Positions 53,401-62,253 of a stretch of DNA of 64,000 nucleotides are shown here, one piece after another. Location: IMG/VR virus record IMGVR_UViG_3300021255_002539, positions 128,001-192,000 of that record. One strand, written 5' to 3'. This DNA is from a virus. Its lineage: Duplodnaviria > Caudoviricetes. A program made the position numbers and the translations under genes. How positions within the stretch are numbered: position 1 is the first letter of the stretch; every line of letters starts with the position of its first letter. The notes under the pieces were generated by a model that saw only the letters and a program-made list of their open reading frames with translations, had not been told where the DNA came from and made no database searches.

Positions 53401-54083
53401 ACCTCAACATCTTGCCCTACTTGAGCAAGATCACAGGGTTCAACACCTCCTATGGCGCTGGCTACCTCAACTGGTACCGCACGATATCCGACTACACCGG
53501 AGACACCCTCTGGGTTCCACCATCCATCAAGGCAATGGGTACCTACATCCTCACGGACAAGCAGTACAATTGGTGGGATGCCCCAGCAGGAATGCGCCGT
53601 GGCGTAATCAACATGGCAGAGACCTCCTTCAACCCCAACAAGGATCAGGCGGGAGACATCTACGACGCCAACTGGAACTACGCAATACACTATGTCAACG
53701 ATGGCATCATCCAGGAGGGTCAGAAGACCTTCCAGACGAGGCAGAGTGCGCTTGACCGCGTGAATGTCCGCCGTCTCATTGGACGCATCAAGAGGTATGT
53801 GTACCACGCATCCAGGCAGTTCCTCTACGAGCCACACACTCAGGCAATCCGCGAGAAGTATGTCAAGACAATCACTCCATTCTTCCAGGACCTGATGAAC
53901 AGGGGTGGGTTGTATGGGTACAAGATTATTTGCGACAACACGAACAATACGCCGGAAGTTATCGACCGTAATGAACTCAGAGTGAAGATAGGCATCAAGC
54001 CAGTCAAGACCATAGAGTTCATAATAATCGACCTCTGTGTGTTGAACACCGGAGCGAGCTGGACAGAAATGGACGCGGTTTAA
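50463..54083 (+). CDS. Major tail sheath protein (1206 aa, 1 TAG read as Gln)
   Basis: N-terminal RAPGVSIIEHDLS..GFAQKG..YGAP and C-terminal WDAPAG.RRG, GQKT..ALDRVNVRR, NNTPEVIDRNEL..KPVKTIEFI. The halves are joined in frame at TAG 52668. Confidence 0.92.
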
Positions 54084-54106
54084 TCCACACTCCATTGAAG
54101 TTCAAC

Positions 54107-54142
54107 AACAATCTGCCATCCTTTTGGGTGGCAGATTTGTTT
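54107..54142 (+). terminator. Intrinsic terminator after the tail sheath
   Basis: aatctgccatcc-tttt-gggtggcagatt followed by tgttt. Confidence 0.75.
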
Positions 54143-54167
54143 ATCCACAAGGTATATAATTGACAAT

Positions 54168-55259
54168 ATGACATTCAATATCATGACAGAGCCTGAATTC
54201 CCCTTGACGATAGAGGGTTTGCGTCAGAACAAGGAGTTCCTGAAGGAGCGTCGTGAGTCTGGCGATCCAAACTACCAATATCAGGGGAATTGCACAAAGA
54301 TGTTCGCCGAGAGGGTTTCTGACTTGTACTTGGACAGAGAATGGGATTGGGTCCGCAACCATGCCATGCCGAGCCCGATGGAGAAGCAACCATCTGAAGC
54401 AACCTTCAGAAACGAGATACGCACTTTGGTGCAGGAGCAAAGGAGTTGGAAGTCCAGGTCCAATCTGATCAAGGCGTTCCACCCCAGCGCGTTGGATGCA
54501 TCGAAGGGTGGATCGAAGTCGCCAAACGAGGGTTGGAGGCTGCTGCAGTCCAACAAGGACGAGTTCAGGAAGTTCTACTTGAACAGGTTGAGGTGTTCAG
54601 ATTGGTTCAACGAGCACAGGAGGGGTGAGGATGTCGAGGAAGAGCGGTGGACGAGTTTGCTGGAGGGTCGTGTTCCACCATTCATATACGCCATTGGACT
54701 CACCACATCTGGGAAATACCCAAATGTTGGCATGTTCAAACCCCATGCAGCGAAGTATCTGACGAACAAGTACCTGTCCAGGTTCGACGAGGTGTTTGAT
54801 CCATTCTCTGGGTTTTCTGGGAGATTGTTGGGAGTCGTTTCAACTGGGAGACGGTATGTTGGTAGGGACTTAAGCCCAATTGTCATAGAGGAGTCCAAGC
54901 GGTTGATGGAGCATGTCGGTCCAATGTTCGAGTTGAATGGTGTGTATCCTGACTATGATTTGGGTGTTGCAGACGCAACCCAGCCATCTGATGTCAAGCA
55001 TCAATCTCTGTTGACATGTTCGCCATATGGGAACTTGGAGCATTGGAATGGTGTTCCTGACTCCAACTTGAGTTGCGACGATTGGATTGACATTTGCATG
55101 AAGAACCATGTTTGCGAGAGATATGTGTTCGTCACTGATGGGAATATAGTCAAGTGGAGACCTTGGGTGAAGGAAGTTTGGCAGAACACTTGCCATTGGG
55201 GTTCAAACGAGGAATGCGTGGTCGTTGTTGATGGAGATGGAGGAAAGGTGGAGAAATGA
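54168..55259 (+). CDS. DNA methyltransferase-like protein
   Basis: FDPFSGFSGRLLG SAM motif and variant catalytic LTCSPY; related to 13680-14723. Confidence 0.65.
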   Translation: MTFNIMTEPEFPLTIEGLRQNKEFLKERRESGDPNYQYQGNCTKMFAERVSDLYLDREWDWVRNHAMPSPMEKQPSEATFRNEIRTLVQEQRSWKSRSNLIKAFHPSALDASKGGSKSPNEGWRLLQSNKDEFRKFYLNRLRCSDWFNEHRRGEDVEEERWTSLLEGRVPPFIYAIGLTTSGKYPNVGMFKPHAAKYLTNKYLSRFDEVFDPFSGFSGRLLGVVSTGRRYVGRDLSPIVIEESKRLMEHVGPMFELNGVYPDYDLGVADATQPSDVKHQSLLTCSPYGNLEHWNGVPDSNLSCDDWIDICMKNHVCERYVFVTDGNIVKWRPWVKEVWQNTCHWGSNEECVVVVDGDGGKVEK

Positions 55260-56326
55260 TCGCAACCAGTTCAAGATTCAACGCCAGCAGAATTGAGATT
55301 GGGGATGGCATGTTGGGTAAATGGAGCAAATTCCTGGTTCTGCCCCCTGTTCTGGATTTACACGATTGCTTGAACAAAAACCCCTTGCCGGACCACATAA
55401 CATGTTGCCCCAGGGGGTTGGAGGGCATGTGCAACGTCATATACTCGTCGTTTGGAATGATGAATGCCCCAATGTTGGATGTAGTGGACTTGAACGACGA
55501 TGCCGCAGATGTAAATGTGGGTGGCAGAAGTGGATGCAAGGATGTGGCGTTGGGGTTTTCTGGTGGATTGGATTCGGTGTACCAAGCCATACGGTTGCAG
55601 GAACTGGGCTACACTGTCCATTTGGTGTTCGTGCGGGGGATGAACACATACGAGGGTGGTCAGGCGTTCAAATACGCCAAATCCATCTCTGACGAACTGG
55701 GGATGGAATTGATTCCTGTGAACATGAAGAAAGCCTGGGCGAAAAGTGGCAATCCATATAGGCAAGGTTGGCCAGAGAACCCAATCAAGAACGAGGTCAT
55801 AATGGCCTTGCTCGTGGACATTTGCCTGTCAAATGGCTATTCCAGCATCTCGTTGGGGGACGACTTGTCGTTGTCTCTGGCAGATTCGGTTCCTGGGGTC
55901 AACACCACCGATGCACACGAGGTAACAGAACATTTCTTGTCGTTCATCCATTCGCGTTTTCCACATTTGGGGTTCTTGCCCATTCCAAAGGAGGATGGAA
56001 AGGACAAGAGGTTGGTGAAGACGATTCAAAGTGGGTTGGGTGATTTGTACTACAGTTGCGTGATGCAAGGTAGATTCAACAAGTCGTTCAAGTCTCGGGT
56101 TGAGGGCAAATATGGTGTGAAACTCCTGGGGAACAACTGTGGCATGTGCAGAAAGTGTTGTATGCACAACCTAATCCTGCACTACATCGGCAACCGCCCA
56201 TTGCCAGAGGAGTATGTGGAATATTGCTGGGAGAAGATGTATTCAACGGGAAAGAACGCAGACGCCAAATTCTTCGCCAAGGAATTGCCATTGGAGACCA
56301 GGATACACAACTTGTTCAACTATTGA
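55256..56326 (+). CDS. QueC-like PP-loop ATPase
   Basis: VALGFSGGLDS PP-loop and YSC..NCGMCRKC zinc cluster. Confidence 0.7.
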   Translation: MIATSSRFNASRIEIGDGMLGKWSKFLVLPPVLDLHDCLNKNPLPDHITCCPRGLEGMCNVIYSSFGMMNAPMLDVVDLNDDAADVNVGGRSGCKDVALGFSGGLDSVYQAIRLQELGYTVHLVFVRGMNTYEGGQAFKYAKSISDELGMELIPVNMKKAWAKSGNPYRQGWPENPIKNEVIMALLVDICLSNGYSSISLGDDLSLSLADSVPGVNTTDAHEVTEHFLSFIHSRFPHLGFLPIPKEDGKDKRLVKTIQSGLGDLYYSCVMQGRFNKSFKSRVEGKYGVKLLGNNCGMCRKCCMHNLILHYIGNRPLPEEYVEYCWEKMYSTGKNADAKFFAKELPLETRIHNLFNY

Positions 56327-56350
56327 CTTCTGCAATGTGTTGTTGAACAA

Positions 56351-56869
56351 TCAAGCTTGTAGTTCGTCTACCACGAACCTGGGGTATTTCTTCTGGTATC
56401 CACTTCTTCCAAGCAAGGTCTCGTACACGAAGTAGACATCGGATATGGTTCCAGCGAGGTAGCCACTTTCCATTTCGTTGTTTCTGTCCCATCCAATTGG
56501 ATCATGTTCGTCCTGGATTTCCTCCTTGGCGATTGCCTTGAGTTTCTTCGCCATGAATTGCTTGATGGCGTCTTTCTTTCCCCCAAGCTTGGTCATGAAG
56601 TAGTTTTCGGTGAAGTGGTTGCTTCCAGGTCTGTTGCTCGCTTCCCATTCGCCCTGTGTGCCATCCACGATGAATACAATCTCCCCACCAGTCTTTTCCA
56701 CATTGATGAATCGCCAGTAGTGTTCCATTGCAGGGGAGTTCTCCCACATTCCATCGGACATCTGCCCGATTATGGAATCCAGAATGTCCCTGGCCTTGTC
56801 GCCCTTCAGTCCGGTTGGAACTATCAATTTCTTCTTTTCTGATTCAGATACCAGTTTCTTCCACTTCAT
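56351..56869 (-). CDS. Putative head-internal protein (MKWKKLVSE|S leader)
   Basis: Leader motif; GTAAATA at 56899-56905. Confidence 0.65.
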   Translation of the reverse strand: MKWKKLVSESEKKKLIVPTGLKGDKARDILDSIIGQMSDGMWENSPAMEHYWRFINVEKTGGEIVFIVDGTQGEWEASNRPGSNHFTENYFMTKLGGKKDAIKQFMAKKLKAIAKEEIQDEHDPIGWDRNNEMESGYLAGTISDVYFVYETLLGRSGYQKKYPRFVVDELQA

Positions 56870-56881
56870 GTTTTTAATACC

Positions 56882-57160
56882 TCAATTGGCTTTTGTAGTA
56901 TTTACAATATCGTGGTTGGATAGGCATGGGCATTTGGGTGAATGCGTCAGTCCGCTTCTATGGCATCCTACCATTACAAGGTATTCGTGTTCATCAATCA
57001 TGATGTACCGGAATGTCCATACCCCTGATCCTGGAAATATAACCGCACCGAATTCGTTTGTTCCATTTCTTTCGGCAATGGGTCTGTCACTCTCGTCGAC
57101 AGGTGATTTCGAGCATCCAATGAGGAAGCACAGTAATCCAATTGCAAGCAGTTTCTTCAT
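56882..57160 (-). CDS. Small lipoprotein
   Basis: MKKLLAIGLLCFLIG-C lipobox signal. Confidence 0.65.
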   Translation of the reverse strand: MKKLLAIGLLCFLIGCSKSPVDESDRPIAERNGTNEFGAVIFPGSGVWTFRYIMIDEHEYLVMVGCHRSGLTHSPKCPCLSNHDIVNTTKAN

Positions 57161-57172
57161 AGTTGTTTCCCT

Positions 57173-57973
57173 TTAGTTGAGTTCAATGTCCTGAAAGATT
57201 TCCTCTGGCTTGGTCTTGAATTCCACTGCGTTCATCCTGTCCTGAATCTTCCTCAATGTCTCCACAGGAAGCACATCAATTGGATTGGGGCAACCCTTGA
57301 AATTTCCACGAATCACGGTGTCGAGGTCGTCATAGCTGAACCCAATCTTGTCCTCGTCGGTCTGCTCGGAAAGACCATCTGCCGGGGTCTTTTCGACGAG
57401 ATACCTTGGGATTTCAGGCATTGTAAGTCCAATTGCCACGACCTCGTTCTTGGTGAGTCTTATCAGTGGTTTGAGGTCTCCTGCAGAATCTCCGTTCTTG
57501 GTGAAGTAGCCCGTGAGGAATTCACTGAGGTTGCTGGTGTTGACCACCCTTCCCCCAATCGTCTGACTCACGGCATACAATGTGGTCATGCGAAGCCTTG
57601 GGGCGAGGTTGATTGTGGTCTGGGAGGACAGCCCCTTCGTCCAATCAAGTTTCTCTGCCAAGTTGAGATCCACTTCAGAGCCAATGGCGTTGTAGGCCGC
57701 GTTGATGTTGACGATGATGTACTTGATTCCAAGCGAATTGCACACTGCAATGGAGTCTCCAATGTCCTTCTGTGTTCCGTTTGGCATCAACACACCAAGA
57801 ACCTTGTCCTTGCCCAATGCCCTAGTACAAAGACCAGCTACAATCGTGCTATCCTTGCCTCCACTGATTCCAATGACCGCGTACTTGTCCTTGCCATTTC
57901 GGTCGAACCAATCCCTGAGCCAGCTCACGAGGTTGTCTCTCGTCTTCTCTGCGTTGAAGTAATTCATGTTCAT
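57173..57973 (-). CDS. nadE: NH3-dependent NAD+ synthetase
   Basis: VIGISGGKDS, N..PRLRM..LY, NLSE..GYFTKNGD, P..LTK.EV, PADGL..TDED..GFSY..LD. Confidence 0.93.
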   Translation of the reverse strand: MNMNYFNAEKTRDNLVSWLRDWFDRNGKDKYAVIGISGGKDSTIVAGLCTRALGKDKVLGVLMPNGTQKDIGDSIAVCNSLGIKYIIVNINAAYNAIGSEVDLNLAEKLDWTKGLSSQTTINLAPRLRMTTLYAVSQTIGGRVVNTSNLSEFLTGYFTKNGDSAGDLKPLIRLTKNEVVAIGLTMPEIPRYLVEKTPADGLSEQTDEDKIGFSYDDLDTVIRGNFKGCPNPIDVLPVETLRKIQDRMNAVEFKTKPEEIFQDIELN

Positions 57974-57974
57974 T

Positions 57975-58160
57975 TTATTTTGTCTCCTTTGTCCAAGTTG
58001 TTCTCCATTTTCTGTCCTGGTTTGGAAATGGGCTACTGCCACGTTCAATCCAGGTTTCAATTTTCAATTCGTATCCTCTTTTGACCATTGATACAACGAA
58101 GTCAATTTCATTCATGATTTCGTATGCCAATCCATTTGCCAATTCTTGTTCAACATCCAT
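57975..58160 (-). CDS. Small hypothetical protein
   Basis: GGAGG RBS; tightly packed in the operon. Confidence 0.5.
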   Translation of the reverse strand: MDVEQELANGLAYEIMNEIDFVVSMVKRGYELKIETWIERGSSPFPNQDRKWRTTWTKETK

Positions 58161-58161
58161 T

Positions 58162-58467
58162 TCAGACCTCCTTGATGTGAACCACGAAGTCGAACATTTC
58201 TCCGACATGTAGGAAATACTTGTCTCGGTTCGCTTGGGTTTCTCTCCTATAGGTTGTGAATGGGATGTCCTTGTCTCCCAAGAATACGCACTGGATGTAG
58301 TATTCGCCCATCTTGAACTCGTACAGTCCATCGGTGTCGTACTCCAATGCCTCCTTGGAGAAGGTATTGTCAATCTTCACCAGTTCGGCATGAACGAGCT
58401 TCCCGCTTCTCTGCCCATGAAGCTTGGTATAGTCGTGGTTGAACATCACTATGTGTTTGTCGTCCAT
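58162..58467 (-). CDS. Hypothetical protein
   Basis: 101 aa with RBS, tightly packed. Confidence 0.6.
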   Translation of the reverse strand: MDDKHIVMFNHDYTKLHGQRSGKLVHAELVKIDNTFSKEALEYDTDGLYEFKMGEYYIQCVFLGDKDIPFTTYRRETQANRDKYFLHVGEMFDFVVHIKEV

Positions 58468-58468
58468 T

Positions 58469-58687
58469 TCAGTTTCTCCTTCCTTCTACTGGTGCTTCCA
58501 TCTTCCTTCCACATCCAGGGCAATACCTGTAGGTTTCGTGGAAGGTCTGGATTTTCTTCTGCGCCTCGTTGGTGCAGTCCCAATCCGTGTATTCCATGAA
58601 CCCACAATTGGAGCAGGTGGCATACTCGTATTCAATGGACTTCCAATATGCGGAAGGAATGTCGCTGATGTACAAATCGTTGTCCAT
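58469..58687 (-). CDS. Small Zn-ribbon protein
   Basis: CSNCG..YCPGCGRKM. Confidence 0.65.
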   Translation of the reverse strand: MDNDLYISDIPSAYWKSIEYEYATCSNCGFMEYTDWDCTNEAQKKIQTFHETYRYCPGCGRKMEAPVEGRRN

Positions 58688-58688
58688 T

Positions 58689-60161
58689 TCACACTCCCTT
58701 GTTGATTCTGTCCCGGATTTCGGCGAAGGTGGTCTTGTTGAGCATCACGCCATCCTTGAACACAGTCTTGAGCGCGCTGGCGGTCTCGTTGAGCATCTTG
58801 TCGTGTTCATCGGTCTCGAACAGGTTGCCATTGCTGTCCCTCATGACCCAAACGATTCCCTTGTGGCTCTTCTTGAGCTTGCCGGTGTCGGTCTTCGGGT
58901 CCTTGTAGATGAAGTGGAACTGGCCATTGGTGACGCCAGCACAAGCCTTGGCCGCGATTCCAAAGGTATCTCGGGTGTTGACAATCAACTTCTCGTTGTC
59001 GAAGATCGCGCTGAAGCAAAAGGCACCCACGCCAAAGCAGACATTGTTGGCTGCGAACCCATGCTTCTCCATCCAATCCCAAATCTTGCGCACTGTGAAG
59101 AGTGTGCATCCATCGCCCAGGATGATTCTGATGTGGGGATCCAGGACGCTATAACCCTTGCTGTTCTCCTCTCCACCGAACTCGTCCCAAAGCATTTCGA
59201 GGGTCTTGGTCACTGTCTCAAACTGGTCTCCCGAATCCGGGCGGATTAGGAGCGTCCCATTGTGCTTGAGGATTTCACCCTTGAGCGCAGGGATGATGTT
59301 CTCGACCAGGTTCCAGTAGTCGTAGGTGTCCGAAACCATGCTGAACGAGGTGTTGGGGTAGATCTCGGTTAGCATGCGCTTGATGAAGGTCACTTCGTCC
59401 CCATCAATGGCGTAGTTGCTTGCCATCACACTGTGTTCAGTCGAGACAGCACCCTGACCAATCTTGGTGTTGCTCACATCGGCTTCGTAATACTTGTCGA
59501 TGTAGGGAAGCGCCGGGATTGTACTGGTCTTGTTGAAGCAAGTAAGCCAGGCAGCCGAGCACCTAGCGGCTTCGTTCGTGCAGCTCATTCCCCTCATGCC
59601 AAAGTCCGACATGGCGTTCTTGGGGTCGCAATTTGGGTCGCAGGTCCTGTCGTAGTATTCCTTCGCCAGCTCCAGGTACATCTTGGAAATGGTGGCGTGG
59701 TTGCAGGTCTTCCAGAGTTCGGCCTGCAGGATGCACTCAACCCACTGGACGAGCCAAGCGAAGTGATCGTTGGTGTTCGTGATTTCGATGCAGGGGATGC
59801 CCATGTTCACCGAAGTTCCCTCGGGGATTGCCCGAATCTGAAGTGGGAGGTAACCCAGCCTGTGGAGGTCGATGATATTCGTGGTTGCGTATCCCCCACC
59901 AGGAAGCTGAACCTTCATGTACTTCTCGTATTCGGCTATGACTTCGTTGATTTCGCGGTCAAAGAAGTTCTCCTTGAAGTAGTCCACCAGGAACTCCTGA
60001 ATGAAAGCCTGAAGCCCGAAGAACACCATCTTGTCGCAGGTCTTGAGCATGGATTTCCTGGGAGTCCAATAGGAATAGAGTTTCGTCAACCCAGGGTTGT
60101 ATTGAAGAATGTGGCAGAACTTGTAAGTGTCGGCCAAAAGCATTGCGTTTGTCTTAATCAT
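58689..60161 (-). CDS. Nampt/NadV-fold phosphoribosyltransferase (Namat-like), predicted to prefer nicotinate
   Basis: ADTYK..H..QY, FFGLQ, DFGMRG, TEHSVM, SMVSDTYD, IRPDSGD, GDG, FGVG, RDT, KDPKTD..KKS.KG. Ser at the NAMPT Asp219-equivalent position. Confidence 0.9.
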   Translation of the reverse strand: MIKTNAMLLADTYKFCHILQYNPGLTKLYSYWTPRKSMLKTCDKMVFFGLQAFIQEFLVDYFKENFFDREINEVIAEYEKYMKVQLPGGGYATTNIIDLHRLGYLPLQIRAIPEGTSVNMGIPCIEITNTNDHFAWLVQWVECILQAELWKTCNHATISKMYLELAKEYYDRTCDPNCDPKNAMSDFGMRGMSCTNEAARCSAAWLTCFNKTSTIPALPYIDKYYEADVSNTKIGQGAVSTEHSVMASNYAIDGDEVTFIKRMLTEIYPNTSFSMVSDTYDYWNLVENIIPALKGEILKHNGTLLIRPDSGDQFETVTKTLEMLWDEFGGEENSKGYSVLDPHIRIILGDGCTLFTVRKIWDWMEKHGFAANNVCFGVGAFCFSAIFDNEKLIVNTRDTFGIAAKACAGVTNGQFHFIYKDPKTDTGKLKKSHKGIVWVMRDSNGNLFETDEHDKMLNETASALKTVFKDGVMLNKTTFAEIRDRINKGV

Positions 60162-60177
60162 TGTCTTGTTCTCCTTT

Positions 60178-61020
60178 TTAGAATTCACGAATAATCTTGA
60201 TCTTGTTGCTGGCAACCTGTACACGGAAGATGGAGTTGGTGGCGTAGATGGTCTTGATGAGGTCTCCCTGAATCAGCTTGCCCTTCTCCTTGTCCATTAC
60301 CGAGTTCTCAAGGTGGGTGACATAGCAGGAGATGTCGTTTGCCCCCTTGTCCTTCAACGCGCAGGCCGAGTAGTAGAATGTTCCACCATAGGCGCAAATG
60401 TCGTCAATCATGAGGATGTTCTTGCCCTTGAGGTCGTCGTAGCCAGCAATGTCGATTCCCAGAATCTTCCCGGTCTTCCAATCGCGCTTCTTGATGCCAA
60501 ACGCGACTGGCAATTCGAGGAACGAGAGCAGGTCACTATACCTCTTGCAAGCACCTTCATCGGGGAAGTAGAGAACCACATCTCTATCGGTTGCGGCGAA
60601 GTGAAGAGCCATCTGGACATCCTCGGCCACGCAGTCGAAGTCAACGGACACCCGGTCGAACAATGCCTCGCTTACAGTGCTGTGGGGGTTGCAGATGGTG
60701 ACGCCCTCGAACCCAAGCCAGTTGATGGTCTCGGCGAACGCCTTGAGGGTGAATACCTCGTCCGAGTTCTTGACCCTGTCCATTCTGGCGTTGGGGACAT
60801 AGGGAAGTTTGAGCCAAATTCTGCACCTTGCCTTGCTCTTGAGGTGCTTGACGAGCGCAATGAGCTGGAACAGCTCGGAGTCGTTGTCGTAAAGCCATGT
60901 GATTCTGTATGCCCCATCCACGAAAGTGGGGTTGTACTTGATGAGCTTCGTCCCATCGGGGAATGTCGTGGGGTTGAGCATCACCGTGTTCTGGTTGTTC
61001 AAATCTTCTACTTTAATCAT
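60178..61020 (-). CDS. Prs-like pyrophosphokinase (Adps-like)
   Basis: FPDG, PYVPNARMDR, NPHS, PDEGA..RY, KKRDWKTGKI, IDDICAYGGTF, YVTH; directly upstream of the Nampt-like gene. Confidence 0.9.
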   Translation of the reverse strand: MIKVEDLNNQNTVMLNPTTFPDGTKLIKYNPTFVDGAYRITWLYDNDSELFQLIALVKHLKSKARCRIWLKLPYVPNARMDRVKNSDEVFTLKAFAETINWLGFEGVTICNPHSTVSEALFDRVSVDFDCVAEDVQMALHFAATDRDVVLYFPDEGACKRYSDLLSFLELPVAFGIKKRDWKTGKILGIDIAGYDDLKGKNILMIDDICAYGGTFYYSACALKDKGANDISCYVTHLENSVMDKEKGKLIQGDLIKTIYATNSIFRVQVASNKIKIIREF

Positions 61021-61045
61021 AGTGATTTCCTCGCTTCCTTGATTT

Positions 61046-61083
61046 GCCTATATTATATCATATTTTGGTTGATGTTGTCAATG
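61046..61083 (-). promoter_or_regulatory. Early promoter driving the prs-like to nadE operon
   Basis: TTGACA 61076-61081, 18-bp spacer, TATAAT 61052-61057. Confidence 0.8.
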
Positions 61084-61120
61084 TGGTTCGTTGGTTTTTA
61101 TCACAATGGTTTTGAACGAA

Positions 61121-61567
61121 CTAGAATATGGTGGTTATTGCATCGTCCGTGATGTTTGTTGTATGATCGTTGTCCTTTTGCACCACAAAATTTAATGTTT
61201 GGTTTAGTGTATTGAGTTTTGTGATGCGACAGCCATTGTCCATCAAATCCTGCAACACTTCAAATACCAATCCCGCATCAGTGGTTCTTTTTTGGTATAT
61301 GACGAATTTGGCGCAGAAGTTTTCTGTTATTCTGTTCACGCACATGTATTCACACCCCTTGAAATGCCTTTTGAATTTTTTAATCATCTTGGGCATGTCA
61401 AAGCCGCCATCCTCGTAGTCTTCAGGATACAACCAAAACTCCTTGCTAGTATCTATGTCAATCTCATTGGGATTTGTGAATTTTGGCAAGAAGTCAGTAT
61501 ACCAGTTCATGGTTTGTGCTACAGAAGTCATGTTGCATTTCCTTTCTGTTAGTTCAAACCACTTCAA
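61121..61567 (-). CDS. Hypothetical protein (ends at TAG)
   Basis: 148-aa AT-rich ORF overlapping the pncA end; read-through would extend it into the promoter. Confidence 0.5.
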   Translation of the reverse strand: MKWFELTERKCNMTSVAQTMNWYTDFLPKFTNPNEIDIDTSKEFWLYPEDYEDGGFDMPKMIKKFKRHFKGCEYMCVNRITENFCAKFVIYQKRTTDAGLVFEVLQDLMDNGCRITKLNTLNQTLNFVVQKDNDHTTNITDDAITTIF

Positions 61568-62099
61568 TCTGGCACATTTCCATCGTCTTGAGGGCAGCTT
61601 CGTGGCTTTCAGGGGTGACGCCAGCAGTGCAATCCCTCAATACCTTGATGGTGCTGTTGGGGAAGCTTGCCCTGATGAGCAAGGCATTGGAAACCACGCA
61701 AATGTCGGTGCAGAATCCAACAATCGTGAATTCATAGTCTTCCTTGGGGTAGTGGGTCGCCGAGAGGTTGTTGACCATCCAAGCCGAGCCAAATGTCTCC
61801 TTCTCGAATCTGTCGGTCAGTTTGCCAACCAGTGCCTCGCCAAGTTCGCTTGGCATCTCCCATCCCCAAGTTCCCTTGATGCAGTGCTCTACAGGGAGTT
61901 TGCTTCCCTCCAGGGTCTTCGTTAGGTAGGTGTCCTTGTCGTGGGTGTCCATCGTCGCGTAAATCTCGTCCCAATCGCTGTTCTTGACGAGGTTGACGAT
62001 GTTGGGCAGTTTCTTGATTGCCTCTTCGTTGCGCAATGCGCCTGTGATGAAGTCGTTCTGGACATCAATCACCAATAGTATCTTTTTCTTCGTTGCCAT
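61554..62099 (-). CDS. pncA: Nicotinamidase
   Basis: VIDVQNDF, DTH, PVEHC..GTWG, KETFG and GFCTDICV (Asp-Lys-Cys triad plus metal ligands). Confidence 0.9.
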   Translation of the reverse strand: MATKKKILLVIDVQNDFITGALRNEEAIKKLPNIVNLVKNSDWDEIYATMDTHDKDTYLTKTLEGSKLPVEHCIKGTWGWEMPSELGEALVGKLTDRFEKETFGSAWMVNNLSATHYPKEDYEFTIVGFCTDICVVSNALLIRASFPNSTIKVLRDCTAGVTPESHEAALKTMEMCQIEVV

Positions 62100-62253
62100 A
62101 ATGGAAATTCCTCCATTGTTTTGGTTGTTATAGATGCCACCACAATCCCGTGGTGGAATCACATCATTGTAATTATACAATATTTACTCAGAAAAAGCAA
62201 GGGGGTCTGGAAAAATTTCCAAACCCCTTCGTTATATGCCCAGTGTGTGGTTT

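Noticed and set aside
6389-61152. Long antisense ORFs (e.g. 6389-7516, 15635-16567, 18499-19656, 28781-29830, 52989-54095, 60127-61152)
   Set aside because: They are shadows of well-supported genes on the other strand, with no motifs.
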